The notes: generated from the sequence alone by a model not told the origin. A stretch of 64,000 bases of DNA from Octopus sinensis (GCF_006345805.1 NC_043007.1:33232001-33296000), one strand, 5' to 3'; positions 12,570 through 25,420 are shown, numbered from the stretch's first letter. Numbers and translations: made by a program.

Positions 12570-13543
12570 CACAAACACACACACACATGTATTTATATAT
12601 GATGGTCTTTCAATTTCCAACGACCAAATCTACTCACAATGTTTTGATCGGTTCAGGGCTTTAGCAGAAGACACTTGCCCAAGGTGCCAAGCGGTGGGAT
12701 TGAACACAAAGGTACGACATCGGAAAGCATACTTCTCAACCACACAGCCACTCCTGATTAGTGTATTTTTTTTCTTTTATTCGTTTCAGTCATTTGACTG
12801 CAGCCATGCTGGAGCACTGCCTTTAGTCGAGCAAATCGACCCCAGGACTTATTCTTTGTAAGCCTAGTACTTAATCCATCAGCCTCTTAGGCAGAACTGC
12901 TAAGCTACGAGGACATAAACACACCAGCAATAGTTGTCAAGAGATGTTGGTGGGGGGGGGGGAACACAGACACACAAACATATACATATATATATATGAT
13001 GGGCTTCTTTCAGTTTCCGTCTACCAAATTCACTCACAAAGCTTTGGTCGGCCTGAAGCTATAGTAGAAGACACTATTCCAAGGTGCCATGCAGTGGGAC
13101 TGAACCCGGAACCTTGTGGTTGGTAAGCATGCTATTTACCACACAGCCACTCCTGCGCCTATATGACCAGAATCTATTTTCTCAGCACCTGTGGGTGAAA
13201 GACCCAGGACTGGAAGTGAGAGGAAGTGACATCCCTTCAAGAAGCAGCTGGTTCAAAACAATCTCCTTCTCTCAGGTGTGTTGTGAAGGTCGGACATATG
13301 TCTGGGAGTGATCTTAGGGTAGCAGTCCTTGCTGGCTGGAGCTTGGGTAGAGGGCACATGAAGATACAACAGTTAAGTTTTGCTGGCTTCTTTCAGTTTC
13401 CGTCTACCAAATCCACTCACAAAGCTTTGGTCGGCCCGTAGCAATAGTAGAAGACATTTGCCCAAGGTGCCATGCAGTGGGAATGAACCCAGAACCATGT
13501 GGTTGGTAAGCAAGTACTTACCACACAGCCACTCCTGCACCTA
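12570..13543 (-). mobile_element. Cluster of three family A SINEs (12570-12756 partial, 12773-13161 full, 13385-13543 partial)
   Basis: Each ends in ACCACACAGCCACTCCTG (reverse complement of the head). Confidence 0.9.
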
Positions 13544-13719
13544 GTAGTATGTATTTTTCTGTACATTGAGGGTGCAGTCTGTCACATTGCGACCACTATA
13601 TTTATGTCCCTTTCTAATTTCATACCAGTCACTCATATGTCATGTGAGGTGGTCATGAATTTCTCCCAAAACAATGAGCCTACACCTGTTCCTTTCATCA
13701 TATTTTAGTCTCTCCCCAC

Positions 13720-14015
13720 TTCACATAAACCCACATCCTTCTGTACTGTTCTCCCTCTCAATTAAAGAAATTCTTTCATCTTGTAAGTTGCAAGGTGACC
13801 CCATTAATGTAAATCACCATGAAAAACAAAATACTGCCTCCCAGTACACTCTGTAAAGTGGCCGGCATTGGGAAGTGCCACAAGCCATAGAAACTACACC
13901 AATATCAAAACGCTGAAGCAAGGCTTGAACCTCTGATCCATTGGGCTTTGACACAACATCCAACACATGCCAGCATGGAAAGCACGCATGAAATGATGAT
14001 GATGATGATGATGAT
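13720..14015 (+). mobile_element. Family D repeat, degenerate, with (GAT)n tail
   Basis: ACACTCTGTAAAGTGG...CCAACACATGCCAGCATGGAAAGC..AAATGATGATG. Confidence 0.7.
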
Positions 14016-14532
14016 CAACATCATGATCAGGATCATGACAATGTTTTGTCACAAGGAGGGTACTGCATTAAGTGGAATTTTTAGGGCATCTGACACTAGT
14101 AGACAGGAAAGATAAAAAGTTGGTCTATATACATTTAGAGAAATGTATTTGACATTACAGTGATTTTGTGCCTCAAGTTTCCACGTAAGCTTTCATTTGA
14201 GGATGGAAATACTTGTAATTAAGATGTGATTAACAACCAACTTATTAATCTCAACCTATTTCCAAAGCGAGATTATATTTTCCCTTTGTCCTTTGGAAAT
14301 GAAACAGCATTGCAGATAATTGCAAATAAGCAACATAAATTTTTGTGACAGTGATATTTGTCTCATTACAACTATTGTGTTATGTCAAGCCAAGGAAACA
14401 CAAGGAGTCAAAAATACATCCCCGTACACATATGTAGACCCACACACACACACACAACTTGTGCCAGTGTGGACAATGGACGTTAAATGATGATGATGAT
14501 GATATATATATATATAATATATATATATATAT

Positions 14533-14583
<51 letters not shown>

Positions 14584-14589
14584 TGGTTA

Positions 14590-14934
14590 CCAACATTGCC
14601 TTATTGGTAGTTGTTCTGGTGGCACGTGAAAAAGCATTCGAGCGAGATCATTTCCAGTGCTGCTGGACTGGCACCTGTGCAGGTGGCATGTAAAAATCAC
14701 CATTTGAGCATGGCTGTTGCCAGTACTGCCTGATGGGCCCTCGTGCCAGTGGCATGTAAAAGCACCCACTACACTCTCGAAGTGGTTGGCGATAGGAAGG
14801 GCATCCAGCTGTAGAAACTCATCCAGATCAGATTGGAGCCTGGTGCGGCCATCTGATTTACCAGTCCTCAGTCAAATCGTCCAACCCATGTCAGCATGGA
14901 AAGCGGACGTTAAACGATGATGATGATGATGATG
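14590..14934 (+). mobile_element. Family D repeat with internal ~60-bp sub-repeats
   Basis: GTGGCAYGTRAAA three times, then AGGAAGGGCATCCAGCTGTAG...CAGCATGGAAAGCGGACGTTAAACGATGATG. Confidence 0.85.
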
Positions 14935-14987
<53 letters not shown>

Positions 14988-15182
14988 ATGGAACAAAAAC
15001 ACAATAGAGGACTATAAAACATTTGGCTAGATAGATGATACAAAGATGGACCATAGAAACAATAATTAGAAGGATAGGGTAAAAAAGGACAAGTCATTCG
15101 TAACCTTCTTTCTTCAGTCAAGTTACCAGATATCCTTACTGTTTTGGGCAGTTACACTTGAGACAGTTCAATCTGGTTCACA
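14988..15182 (-). mobile_element. (TA)n-associated repeat, possible Penelope-like pLTR variant (family shared with 33230-33358 and 35430-35697)
   Basis: Shared minus-strand block CTTGACTGARGA...CGAATG in three copies; each abuts a TA-rich tract. Confidence 0.5.
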
Positions 15183-15699
15183 CATACAAATATATACAAA
15201 GGGAACCAACATGGGATTTAAAATTCACAGCAGTTGTTTCTGTAGAATTTTATTGATGTATTGATGGATTACATTATAACACATAATCCACTAATTTTAG
15301 GTAAAAATTTTAAACAGGTATAAACAGGTGAGATAATAACTTGAACATGACAAATTTAACCAAGATTCTTTGATACCTATCCAATAATGTTGGTTGGAAT
15401 TGTCACAATCAATGTATGATCTCACCAGAGATAATACATTATATCTTATCTCACCTGGCTGTAATGATTTTGAATACGGTTATTTGGTTTGACTTCATAA
15501 TTACAACTTACATATAAATATAAATATATATGCATGTGTGAATAGGAAAGTCTACTTTTTTTGTTGTGGGCTTATGTGGTCCATTATTAGAATATTTTCC
15601 TTAGTCATGGCACAGTGATTGCTATAAGCTTTAAGCGTATATAAATACCATTATCATTATTTACAGGATTGTAAAACTCGGCACTGTATAACAAAACCA

Positions 15700-15739
<40 letters not shown>

Positions 15740-15797
15740 CACGCATACACACATACATACAAATATACATACATGCATACATACATACATACATATA

Positions 15798-15833
<36 letters not shown>

Positions 15834-15850
15834 TATACATATGTACATAT

Positions 15851-15890
<40 letters not shown>

Positions 15891-16051
15891 GTTTATACTT
15901 ATTTATTTGCACACACACACACACACATATATATACATATATACATATATACATGCAAATATATACATATGTTTATACTTATTTATACACACACACACAC
16001 ACACACATATATATATGTATACACATATACATATATGCATACATATATACA

Positions 16052-16088
<37 letters not shown>

Positions 16089-16150
16089 CATATGTTAATA
16101 CTTATTTACATACACACATATATATATATATATATATAAATATACATATA

Positions 16151-16201
<51 letters not shown>

Positions 16202-16215
16202 ATGTATATATATAA
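15700..16215. repeat. Compound (TA)n/(CA)n/(TACA)n microsatellite
   Basis: Visible. Similar blocks at 181-870, 4074-4335, 17180-17595, 18265-18590, 21600-21935, 29175-29355 and 41705-42175. Confidence 0.95.
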
Positions 16216-16546
16216 TTGATCATATCACCTTGTCAGATATTAAAATGGTTTCCCACCTCATTCAATCTCTTCAGTCAAACTGCTCAATGGCATACACCCA
16301 TAAGGGCTGAGGAGGACTTTGAAAACCAGCTGATGATGTACAAGATCAACGAGATATTAGATCAAACATGAGTAACGAGTAGCCATATTTGATGTCTTCA
16401 CAGTCCAAAGCTTGTGGAAATTGCACATGCATAATTTGCCATGTGCTGCACAAGCGATTTGATAATTGCAGATGCAGTGGTAAGAATTTGAGTGAGTACG
16501 ATTGTGGTTGCATGAAATTTTGTAATGGTGATGTGTGCAGTTATAT

Positions 16547-16930
16547 GGAAGCACTCCGTCGGTTACGACGATGAGGGTTCCGCTTGATCTGAATCAACGG
16601 AACAGCCTGCTCGTGAAATTAACGTGTAAGTGGCTGAGCACTCCACAGACATGTGTACCCTTAACATAGTTCTCGGGGATATTCAGCGTGACACAGAGAG
16701 TGACAAGGCCGGCCCTTTGAAATACAGGTACAACAGAAACAGGAAGTAAGAGTGAGAGAAAGTTGTGGTGAAAGAGTACAGCAGGGATCACCACCATCCC
16801 CTGCCAGAGCCTCGTGGAGCTTTTAGGTGTTTTCGCTCAATAAACACTCACAACGCCCGGTCTCAGAATCGAAACCGCGATCCTATGACCGCGAGTCTGC
16901 TGCCCTAACCACTGGGCCATTGCACCTCCA
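16547..16930 (-). mobile_element. SINE family C (tRNA-Arg-like head, body M1, tail T1)
   Basis: Minus-strand head TGGCCCAGTGGTTAGGGCAGCAGACTCGCGGTC...GGTTTCGATTC with A/B boxes; homologues at 35722, 58368 and 60315. Confidence 0.9.
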
Positions 16931-17310
16931 CTATGCAGTTATATATATATAAAAAAAAATATAGATATTTATGGATCCATACATAGAAACACTCATACGT
17001 TTGCTTGCTTGCATGCAGATGTTTACAATGTTAAAGTGAGAGGAAATAAAAGAGATTTAAATGCCTACAGTGAGATATATATATGAATATATTTTACATA
17101 CCTGTGAACACACTTTCATGAGCATACACGCACACTTCTATACAGACACACTTACAAGAACACAAATTCACAGGCTCATATATGTACATATGTATATGTG
17201 CTCGTGTGTGTGTGTATATATATATAATATGTATATGCATCTGTAATATGTATACATATATAATACGTATATATAATATGTACATTTATACAATATGCAT
17301 ATATACTATG

Positions 17311-17388
<78 letters not shown>

Positions 17389-17560
17389 TATATATATGCA
17401 CACACACACAAACATGCATATATACATACATGCATACCTTTATATATATACATGTATATACATACATACATACATATATTTATACATATTTATATACATA
17501 TATATATATATATACATATAGGCACACACACACATATATATACATACTTGATCACTTCAC

Positions 17561-17595
<35 letters not shown>

Positions 17596-18283
17596 CACAA
17601 ATACATATATTTAATAACAATTTGAATCAGTTTCATACGACTAAAGCATTTTGTTGTCTTGTAGGACATTGTCCTACATGTAACGACCTACATGTTATGT
17701 GATGCATGTAGGGCATGGAATGTAGAACCAAGGCAACCTGTTATTTGATAGGCATAACTCCGAACAAAGTGCTACTTTTCTGCATTTGTCCACTCACACA
17801 CACACAAAGACACACACTCACACACTCAAATGCATGTATCATATATATGTTACAAGTATTGTATGGAACTAGGATATTGTAAAGAAATCCTTGATATTTA
17901 GCAGTTATTTTACTAAAATATGAAATACATTTATTGTATTCTTACGTTATATATACTCTGTTTTATCACTTTTAGAGTGTTTAGCATTTCTTAAGACCAA
18001 GTATATGACAGACAACAAAGATCAGTTAATTTTACTATCATATGAAAATATATGGCACTCTGTTGGCTAGGACCCTTAAGGTTCCAGGTGATCTAAATGA
18101 TTAGGTATACTAGGTAAGTGCTGTAATGGATTACTGATGACAGAATATCCCATACTCGAGGATATCCCAGAAACAGCTCCAAGATTTTGAATTTCCTCCT
18201 GTAATAATATTGTATATGACTCGAGAATTTTGCCCTGCCTCAATGTTTGACGTCCTGTTTAACAATTATATATATATACATAC

Positions 18284-18325
<42 letters not shown>

Positions 18326-18546
18326 TATATATACATATAGGCACACACACACATATGTACACACACACACACACATATATATATGTCTATATATATATAT
18401 ATATATGTGTGTATATATGTATGTATATATATGAGCAACTCTCTCTCCCTTTTCATATATATATATGTATATATATATATATAATATATATATATATATA
18501 TTTTATTAAAAAAAATATTAAATAAATAAATGAATAAATAATAAAA

Positions 18547-18594
<48 letters not shown>

Positions 18595-18964
18595 TCATAA
18601 AAATAAATTAATATTTTAAATTTTTAACTTTGAATTTAAATAATTTAATTTTAAATTTTGTATTTTATATATTTTGTATATTATATTAATTATTTTTATT
18701 TCTATGTTTTGGTTTATGTTTTTCACTGTTTGGTTTGCCTAATAGTGGTTTTATCCCTAATTTATATATATATATATATATAAACTATGGACATGTTTTG
18801 ACCACCAAAGAGAAGATACACTGTTTTTACTTTAAATTTTTAAAAGTTTTTATTAATATTTGATATGATGAACATTCAGCATTGAAACTGGTAGTATTCT
18901 ATACTTTCTTTATATAATTTTAAAATCATTTTATTAAATTCTTTCTAAATTGAAATGTCTTAGA

Positions 18965-19174
18965 TTTACTTCTGTGCTGTTTCCACCTCCTAAACCTTTT
19001 TTTTTTATTTTCTCTCTCTGCTCTCTGTTTATTTCAGTGTTCCTTTCTGTTGAAGAGCATAGGCTCAAAATGTAAAAGACTTTCTCACTTCCTGAGCATT
19101 AAACTAATACATCAGTTTGGTGTTTACACACCTGTCTTCATCCTTTGTTTTGTTTATTTTTTGTAAATTCCAAC
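18965..19174 (+). mobile_element. Short hammerhead-family element (decayed core), ending AAC+(TA)n
   Basis: CTGTTGA-A-GAGC-atag-GCTC-AAAATGTAAAAG; colinear with 61752-61957. Confidence 0.65.
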
Positions 19175-19599
19175 TATATATATATATAGAGATATAGAGA
19201 GAGAGAGAGAATAGTGGTACAGTAATGCACCAATTTTTACTAGAAATAGCAGTCAATAACATATGACACTATTGTAAAGCTTCACTGTACATATATACTA
19301 GCAAAGATGTTTGCAGGCAGTGAACATAAAATATTTCATTTTATCTGTGGGAAGAACATTAAATAAATGTACAACCCTGATGTGGATAATGTAGGCCTAA
19401 GTTTCGAACTTACCAAATTACATTTGTTGATGTAAATTTGATTAATTCTGTTCAGCTAGATTCGCCTAGACAACATTTAGCTAATTTATTTCTTTCCAGC
19501 TCCAACTCAGCCATTGTTAGCCCCTTTTCTCTTCCATAACGTTGCTCCTCAGCAGCAAAAACCCTTTTTTTTATTCTGGAACCTCCTCCTTTCTTAGCA

Positions 19600-19876
19600 T
19601 ATAGCTCCCCACCCACTCTCTCTCTTTCTTTACATTAGCCCTGCTCAGTCAAAGGGAGTCTTAGTCTTGTAAGCTGCATGGTGACCCCCACCAACTGCTC
19701 ATGTTGTCATGAAGGAAAGAGACTCGGTGCATTCTGTAAAATGGCTGACATTAGGGAGGACCTCGTTTCGTAGGAAACAATGCCAAAGCAGAAACACTGG
19801 AATGCAATGCAGTTCTCAAACTCATTGGATCCTGCCAAACCATCCGAACCATGCCAGCATGGAACATGGACACCAA

Positions 19877-19910
<34 letters not shown>
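19600..19910 (+). mobile_element. Family D repeat, degenerate, with (GAT)n tail
   Basis: CTTGTAAGCTGCATGGTGACC...CCATGCCAGCATGGAACATGGAC...GATGATG. Confidence 0.7.
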
Positions 19911-19926
<16 letters not shown>

Positions 19927-20300
19927 GGTGGTGGTGGTGTGACGTATTGGTCTTGTGCAACATATGCCACAAACCAAGTAGTTATCAGACTGCAGGATTT
20001 GTGTGCAGTTACCTTCTCTTAGTTGAGCATCAAAGGAGCTGAAGGGCCTTATCTGTCCTGCATGCATTGTGTTGTCTGCGAGTAACCTTCAGGCATGGCT
20101 TGAGAAGGAACAAACAAGTTTTACGGCAGAATGTCCTTGCAACGAAATATCCATACAGTGAATTGTCTTATGGTAAATAGTCCAATGACCAATTGTTCTA
20201 TGGCGGATTTGTTTACCACAAATTCACCATTCACCTTTTATCTTAACACTAAAATAATTCTAGTTTTGTACCATACAAATGCATTCACTTCATTCTTCAT

Positions 20301-20790
20301 TCATTGTTCGACCGTGGTCGAGACAAAGGAATTTACCATGCTACGCCAGACTTCACGGTCCATCATAGCATTACGGAGGTCCTGTTGCTGGATGCCTGTA
20401 TCCCTGGAGATTACATCAGGGTAGGAGAGTGTGCGCCCTCTGGTATTGCGAGCAGATGGCTTCCAGAGAAGAGTAGAAATTACCTCATTTTCAGCTTTAC
20501 AACAATGTCCAGCAAACTTGACTCTCTACCTTTCACAAGAGATGATACAGGTGGTAATTTCCCATATATTTGTACTTTGGTTGGATGATGCTTCCACGAG
20601 AGATTTTGAGCTCTCATAAGGAGGCGAGTGTAAGTTCCATCCAACCGCCTCTCATGCTTCTTTGATAATGTCCAGGTTTCTGAGCCATATAGCAGAATTG
20701 GTTTGATTGTGGCTTTGAAGATTTTAAGTTTCAAATCTCTACTTAGATTTGATGACCAGACCTTATGCATATCATTACAGGCTGCAGCTT
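20301..20790 (-). pseudogene. RTE-clade LINE, 5'-truncated 3' end, well preserved
   Basis: ACNDMHKVWSSNLSRDLKLKIFKATIKPILLYGSETWTLSKKHERRLDGTYTRLL..., one frameshift, then FAGHCCKAENEVISTLLWKP...MMDREVWRSMV...EQ* (TGA at 20301-20303). Confidence 0.93.
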
Positions 20791-21396
20791 GCCAAGACAG
20801 ATGCTTGTTTATCTATTATGATGTGTGCAGTCTAGTATAAAACAGTTTGAACACCCTTCATACTTCGCTCAACGAACATAGATAGATAATCATTAAAATA
20901 TTATGAGTAATAACTGTATGCTCTTTGTCACAATTGGGAATATAAATCAAAACTTTAGCACCAAACACAGCTGGCAGGAAGTTATTGTTAGAGATATTAT
21001 ATTCATTTTGATTGTTTGTAGCTATAGATTACGCTTGGCATCTTGTCAATTAGTGAAAATATTTCGGTCATTTCAGATATTGCATAAGAAACATTTGGTA
21101 ATTCAAGCACATCTTGGAATTGCGTACACTTAATTATATTTTATTGCGTTTCTTGAAGTATAAGAGAATCAAGAGAATTCCAAGGCATTCAAAACAATAT
21201 ATTTGTTTCGCACAATGCCAACAACACATGCCCATATACACATATGCATGTGTGTATGCACACACAATGCATATATATGCACATATATGTGCATATGTAT
21301 GCTTATATATATATATATAAATATATGCAAGAATATACAAGCAGTTAGTTTTACATGTGGATCTGGCTGTGTTGTGTATTTGAAATCGAAAGGCTG

Positions 21397-21465
21397 TCCC
21401 ACTGATGAAACTGACCTTCAGCAAATATTGTTTTGCTGGAAATAGTTAGAAACCATGGTCTGGGA
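21397..21465 (+). ncRNA. Minimal type-I hammerhead ribozyme motif (Penelope-like)
   Basis: Stem I TCCCA/TGGGA; core CTGATGA (21402-21408); stem II AACT/AGTT extended by CAGCAAA/TTTGCTG; GAAA (21449-21452); palindromic stem III ACCATGGT; GTC cleavage triplet. One extra A precedes GAAA. Confidence 0.75.
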
Positions 21466-21690
21466 AATAATTGAGATGGTAAACGTTTTTAATTTTCATT
21501 CCTTTCAAAAATTTATCCTTATTTCGTGGTTTTGAATTTCCTACTGCTATTTCTAGCACAAGGCTTTACTATTTGGAAGCCTCTTCTTGTATTTCTATGT
21601 GTATATAAATATATATATATGCATATATAAGAATATATACATATATATGCATAGTGCATACATATACAAAGACATACATGCATGCACATG

Positions 21691-21722
<32 letters not shown>

Positions 21723-22024
21723 CATGCATAGATACTTACACATAAATACATATATATACATACACCATAAATAGATGCGCATATTCATACTTACATATAT
21801 ATATATACGTACACACACACACACATACATATTTACATACATAAATATATACATACATACTTCTGTACATACATACACACCTGCACACACACACACACAC
21901 ACACACGCACATACTCATACATACACATATATGTACAAATGTCACTGCAAAGTCTTTATATGATCCGGATGACTTTGAACAAAAAAAAATATTTCTGTTT
22001 CTTCATATTGCCAATTTCCCCCAG

Positions 22025-22099
22025 ACTTTTCCATATAAAGGAATCTAGAATGAAGAACTCTGGCAAATTGTTCAAATTTCTCAAACCATTGACATGCAG
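22025..22099 (+). CDS. Candidate internal exon (75 bp, phase 2-2)
   Basis: Pyrimidine tract plus ccccag acceptor; CAG/gtaaca donor; only one open frame, LFHIKESRMKNSGKLFKFLKPLTC. Confidence 0.4.
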
Positions 22100-22489
22100 G
22101 TAACATATCCATTGATCACAGAATTAGCTTAACGGAATTTTTGAGCTTTCTTATTTGATTATAATTATATTTTTTAATTATGTGGGGGAAGGGGTGTAAT
22201 AATGACAATTTTTAATAGATTAAAAAAAGTTTCTTTTTTTTTGTTTTTCTCAAAATGAAATGTGTAATTGTATTTGTCAAATATACATTTATGTGTGTGT
22301 TTGTGTGGGTGTGTGTATATGTATGTGTTATATGCATAAGTATATACATATACATATATAATTATACACACACACACACATGCACACATACACACACACA
22401 TGCACACATACATACACACATGCACACATACACACACATGTACACACACACACACATGCACACACAAATATACATATATATATATAGAA

Positions 22490-22710
22490 ATAATGATTTC
22501 AAATTTTGGCTTAAGGCCATTAATTTCAGAGGATGGGGTAAGTTGATTATACTGACCCCAATGCACAACTGGTACTTATTTTGTCGACCCCAAAAGGATG
22601 AACGGCAAAGTTGACCTTGGTGGAATTTGAACTTAGAACATGAAGCTGGATGAAGTACCACCAAGCATTTTGCCCTGGCATTCTAAAAATTATCTCACCT
22701 TGCCACCTTT
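22490..22710 (-). mobile_element. SINE family B, degenerate
   Basis: GTCGACCCCAAAAGGATGAACGGCAAAGTTGACC..GGAATTTGAAC. Confidence 0.8.
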
Positions 22711-23393
22711 ATATATGGAAATAATTATACATATATGTATATACATACATATACGTATACATAAATGCACACACACACACACACATACACATAGATGCAC
22801 ACACATGTTGGTGATGAAAATAAGTGTTTAGTAAATATAAGAATGTTTTTCATGCAAGTGTCTAGGAAAATCACTGAATGAAATATGGGGAAATTTAAAT
22901 TTAAGAGTAAAAATATAGAAATATATAAAAATAACTTAAAAAATAATGGCACGGGGAAAAGATCATGGCACACATATAGATAACCATACACATTCTATAA
23001 TCACTGTACATCAGCATGGACTTTCGTTACTAATAAAAGAAATGTATATATATATAAACATAAATACATACATATGTATATATACATATATGCATATATA
23101 CATACGTATATGTACATATCTACATATATATGTATATATACATGCATATATGGATGTAGGTATGTACATATATGTATGTATATATGCATATATTTATATA
23201 TTATTTATATTATTATATGATTGAATGCCACACGTCCTTTTCAAAGTAAGTTTTATCGTATATATATATATATATATATAATATAAATTTATATTATTAA
23301 AAAATAATAAATTAAACTGATTATAACTACCAGTGAAGTCATTCTTTTTCTTTTTTTATATATACCCAACTGTAGCAAGGATCTCACACATTT

Positions 23394-23435
<42 letters not shown>

Positions 23436-23439
23436 TATA

Positions 23440-23533
23440 TTTAAGCAGCAGAAAATTCAACAAAGCCTGTTACTCTGAATGGCAACGGGAAACTCAGAGT
23501 AACAGGTTTTGTTGAATTTTCTGCTGCTTTAAA
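23440..23533. repeat. Inverted repeat, ~40-bp arms, 15-bp spacer, between (TA)n tracts
   Basis: AAGCAGCAGAAAATTCAACAAAGCCTGTTACTCTGA / TCAGAGTAACAGGTTTTGTTGAATTTTCTGCTGCTT. Confidence 0.9.
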
Positions 23534-23609
23534 TAAAGCATATTACTCTACCACTGGTATTTGAGTACTCTTTTTTCCACCTTGTTTCACATTTATGTGT
23601 TTACTCCGG

Positions 23610-23647
<38 letters not shown>

Positions 23648-23654
23648 AAAATCA

Positions 23655-23815
23655 TAGTGGCATTTTCATATAAGCTTAAAGCTTATGGCTGTCACTGTGC
23701 TATGAGTAAGGACAATAGTCTAATAAAGGGGCATATAAGACTATTATTAGAATATTTTCCTTAGTCATTGCACTGTGATCGCTATAAGCTTTAAGCTTAT
23801 ATAAAAATACCATTA
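23655..23815. repeat. Imperfect inverted repeat, ~70-bp arms; the right arm has a solo copy at 15584-15702
   Basis: ATATAAGCTTAAAGCTTATGGCTGTCAC...CTAATAA vs TTATTAG...GTGATCGCTATAAGCTTTAAGCTTATAT. Confidence 0.8.
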
Positions 23816-24069
23816 TTATTATTATTTACAGGATTGTAAAAACAGTGGTGTATAAAAAAAACCATTCTCACCTCACCAACATCACCAGGTGAAAGTTGAC
23901 CAGTATGAAACCATTACTCATTTTACTGTGGTGATGTCATAACATTTTAGCCCTGTTGATTCCGACCCACCTGAGACCATTCCATGATACAAACTTACTG
24001 TTTTAAAATCTAAAGCAAAATCTTCCCATAAAAATTTCAACTTGATTTATGTTTTCTACATATGCTTAA

Positions 24070-24290
24070 CCCTTTAGCTATTAAACCAACTATATTTGGC
24101 CCCAGATGTTCTTCCTGTTGGATGTTCAAACCAGCCGGATCCAGGGTCTCACACCTATCCAACAACATCATTCTAAAAATAAACAGTCACTTCATTGAAA
24201 TCTCAAAGCTATGAGATCATGCATGATTAATCCAAAACGGTGTGAATAAATAGATATTACATTTGACGGAATAATCTCGATGTTAAAGGG
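24070..24290. mobile_element. piggyBac-type MITE (family P2)
   Basis: TTAA-CCCTTTAGC ... GTTAAAGGG-T; the right TTAA is split by the next element. Confidence 0.8.
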
Positions 24291-24293
24291 TTA

Positions 24294-24806
24294 CCGTAAA
24301 TCCTCGAGTATAGTCCGCCTTTGAGTATAATATGCAGGGGATTTTTAGGGGCTGTACCTCTGAAAAACTTAAACCTTGTGTATAATACGCACCCCTTCTC
24401 TAACTTGAGTTAAGGAGGTCTATATAATGTCCTTGGTTTGTAAAAAATGTATACGATAATGTACTTTATTATTATTTTATATATAATATAATGCAAACGT
24501 GTAGCATTTTTGTTCATTTTGTTTGCAGAAAATAAAGAAATAACAGTAATAACGTTTAATAAATGTTGCTTACTGTAAGTTATGGATGATTCTTTTATGA
24601 CTTCATTGCTTTCAGGCTGAGCTTAAGGTATTTTCGCGCCCGACATCACAAAATGCATCTGAATAAACATTGTTGGACAGCAAATAGGGACTCGGACATT
24701 GCTTAGAAAATAATTTTCATATTTAACCTCGTGTATAATACACACTAGGGATTTTGACCTTTAAATTTTGGGGGAAAATATGTGGATTATACTCGAGGAT
24801 TTACGG
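24294..24806. mobile_element. Tc1/mariner-superfamily MITE (CCGTA termini), 513 bp
   Basis: 25-bp TIR CCGTAAATCCTCGAGTATA.TCC.C; TA duplicated at 24292-24293 and 24807-24808. Confidence 0.9.
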
Positions 24807-24964
24807 TAATTTACTTTACAAACTTATTCATATTTTCAAAATCAACTGAAATGAAATCATTGTATTTGAAGAGAAATATTGATAACAAGTGTGGAAATTT
24901 GAGAAAACTCAAATAACTATTTCTCGGTCTAGAATCCATAAATTTAAACATGGTCAACTTTCAC

Positions 24965-24991
24965 CTCCTCCTCCTCCTCATCATCATCATC

Positions 24992-25039
<48 letters not shown>

Positions 25040-25420
25040 GTCATCATCATCATCATCATCGTCATCATCGTCATCATCCTCCTCATCATCATCATCATCA
25101 TCACCACCACCATCACCATCATCATCATCATCGTCATCGTCATCATCGTCATCATTGTCATCATCATCATCATCATCCTCATCATCACCATCACCATCAC
25201 CATCATCATCATCTTCATCCCTTAACATACGTGTTCCATGCTGGCATGGATTGGATGTTTTTTTTTTGGAGCTGACCAGCTGAAGGGTTGTTTCAGGCTG
25301 CATATCTGTTTTGGCATGGCTTCTACAGCCTGATGCTCTTCCTAATACCAACTGCTGTACAGAGTGTACTGGGTGCTTTTACACAGCACCAGTATGAGTG
25401 CTTTTTACATGGCACCAACA
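24965..25420 (-). mobile_element. Family D repeat with expanded (CAT)n tail (24965-25218)
   Basis: Array followed by CTTAACATACGTGTTCCATGCTGGCATGGATTGGATG. Confidence 0.75.

Noticed and set aside
15400-15490. GIY-YIG-like peptide (NTLYLISPGCNDFEYG)
   Set aside because: Too short and divergent, and on the opposite strand to the adjacent pLTR-like repeat.
16328-16380. Additional hammerhead-like strings (CTGATGATG...CAAACATG; also ATGATGA...GAAACTGGTAGTA at 18865-18896)
   Set aside because: Core mutated and stems I/II not convincingly paired.
16855-16930. tRNA-Arg gene (also 35950-36026, 56760-56833, 60315-60390)
   Set aside because: A/B boxes are present, but the acceptor stem is not convincing and each continues into a shared SINE body; these are SINE heads.
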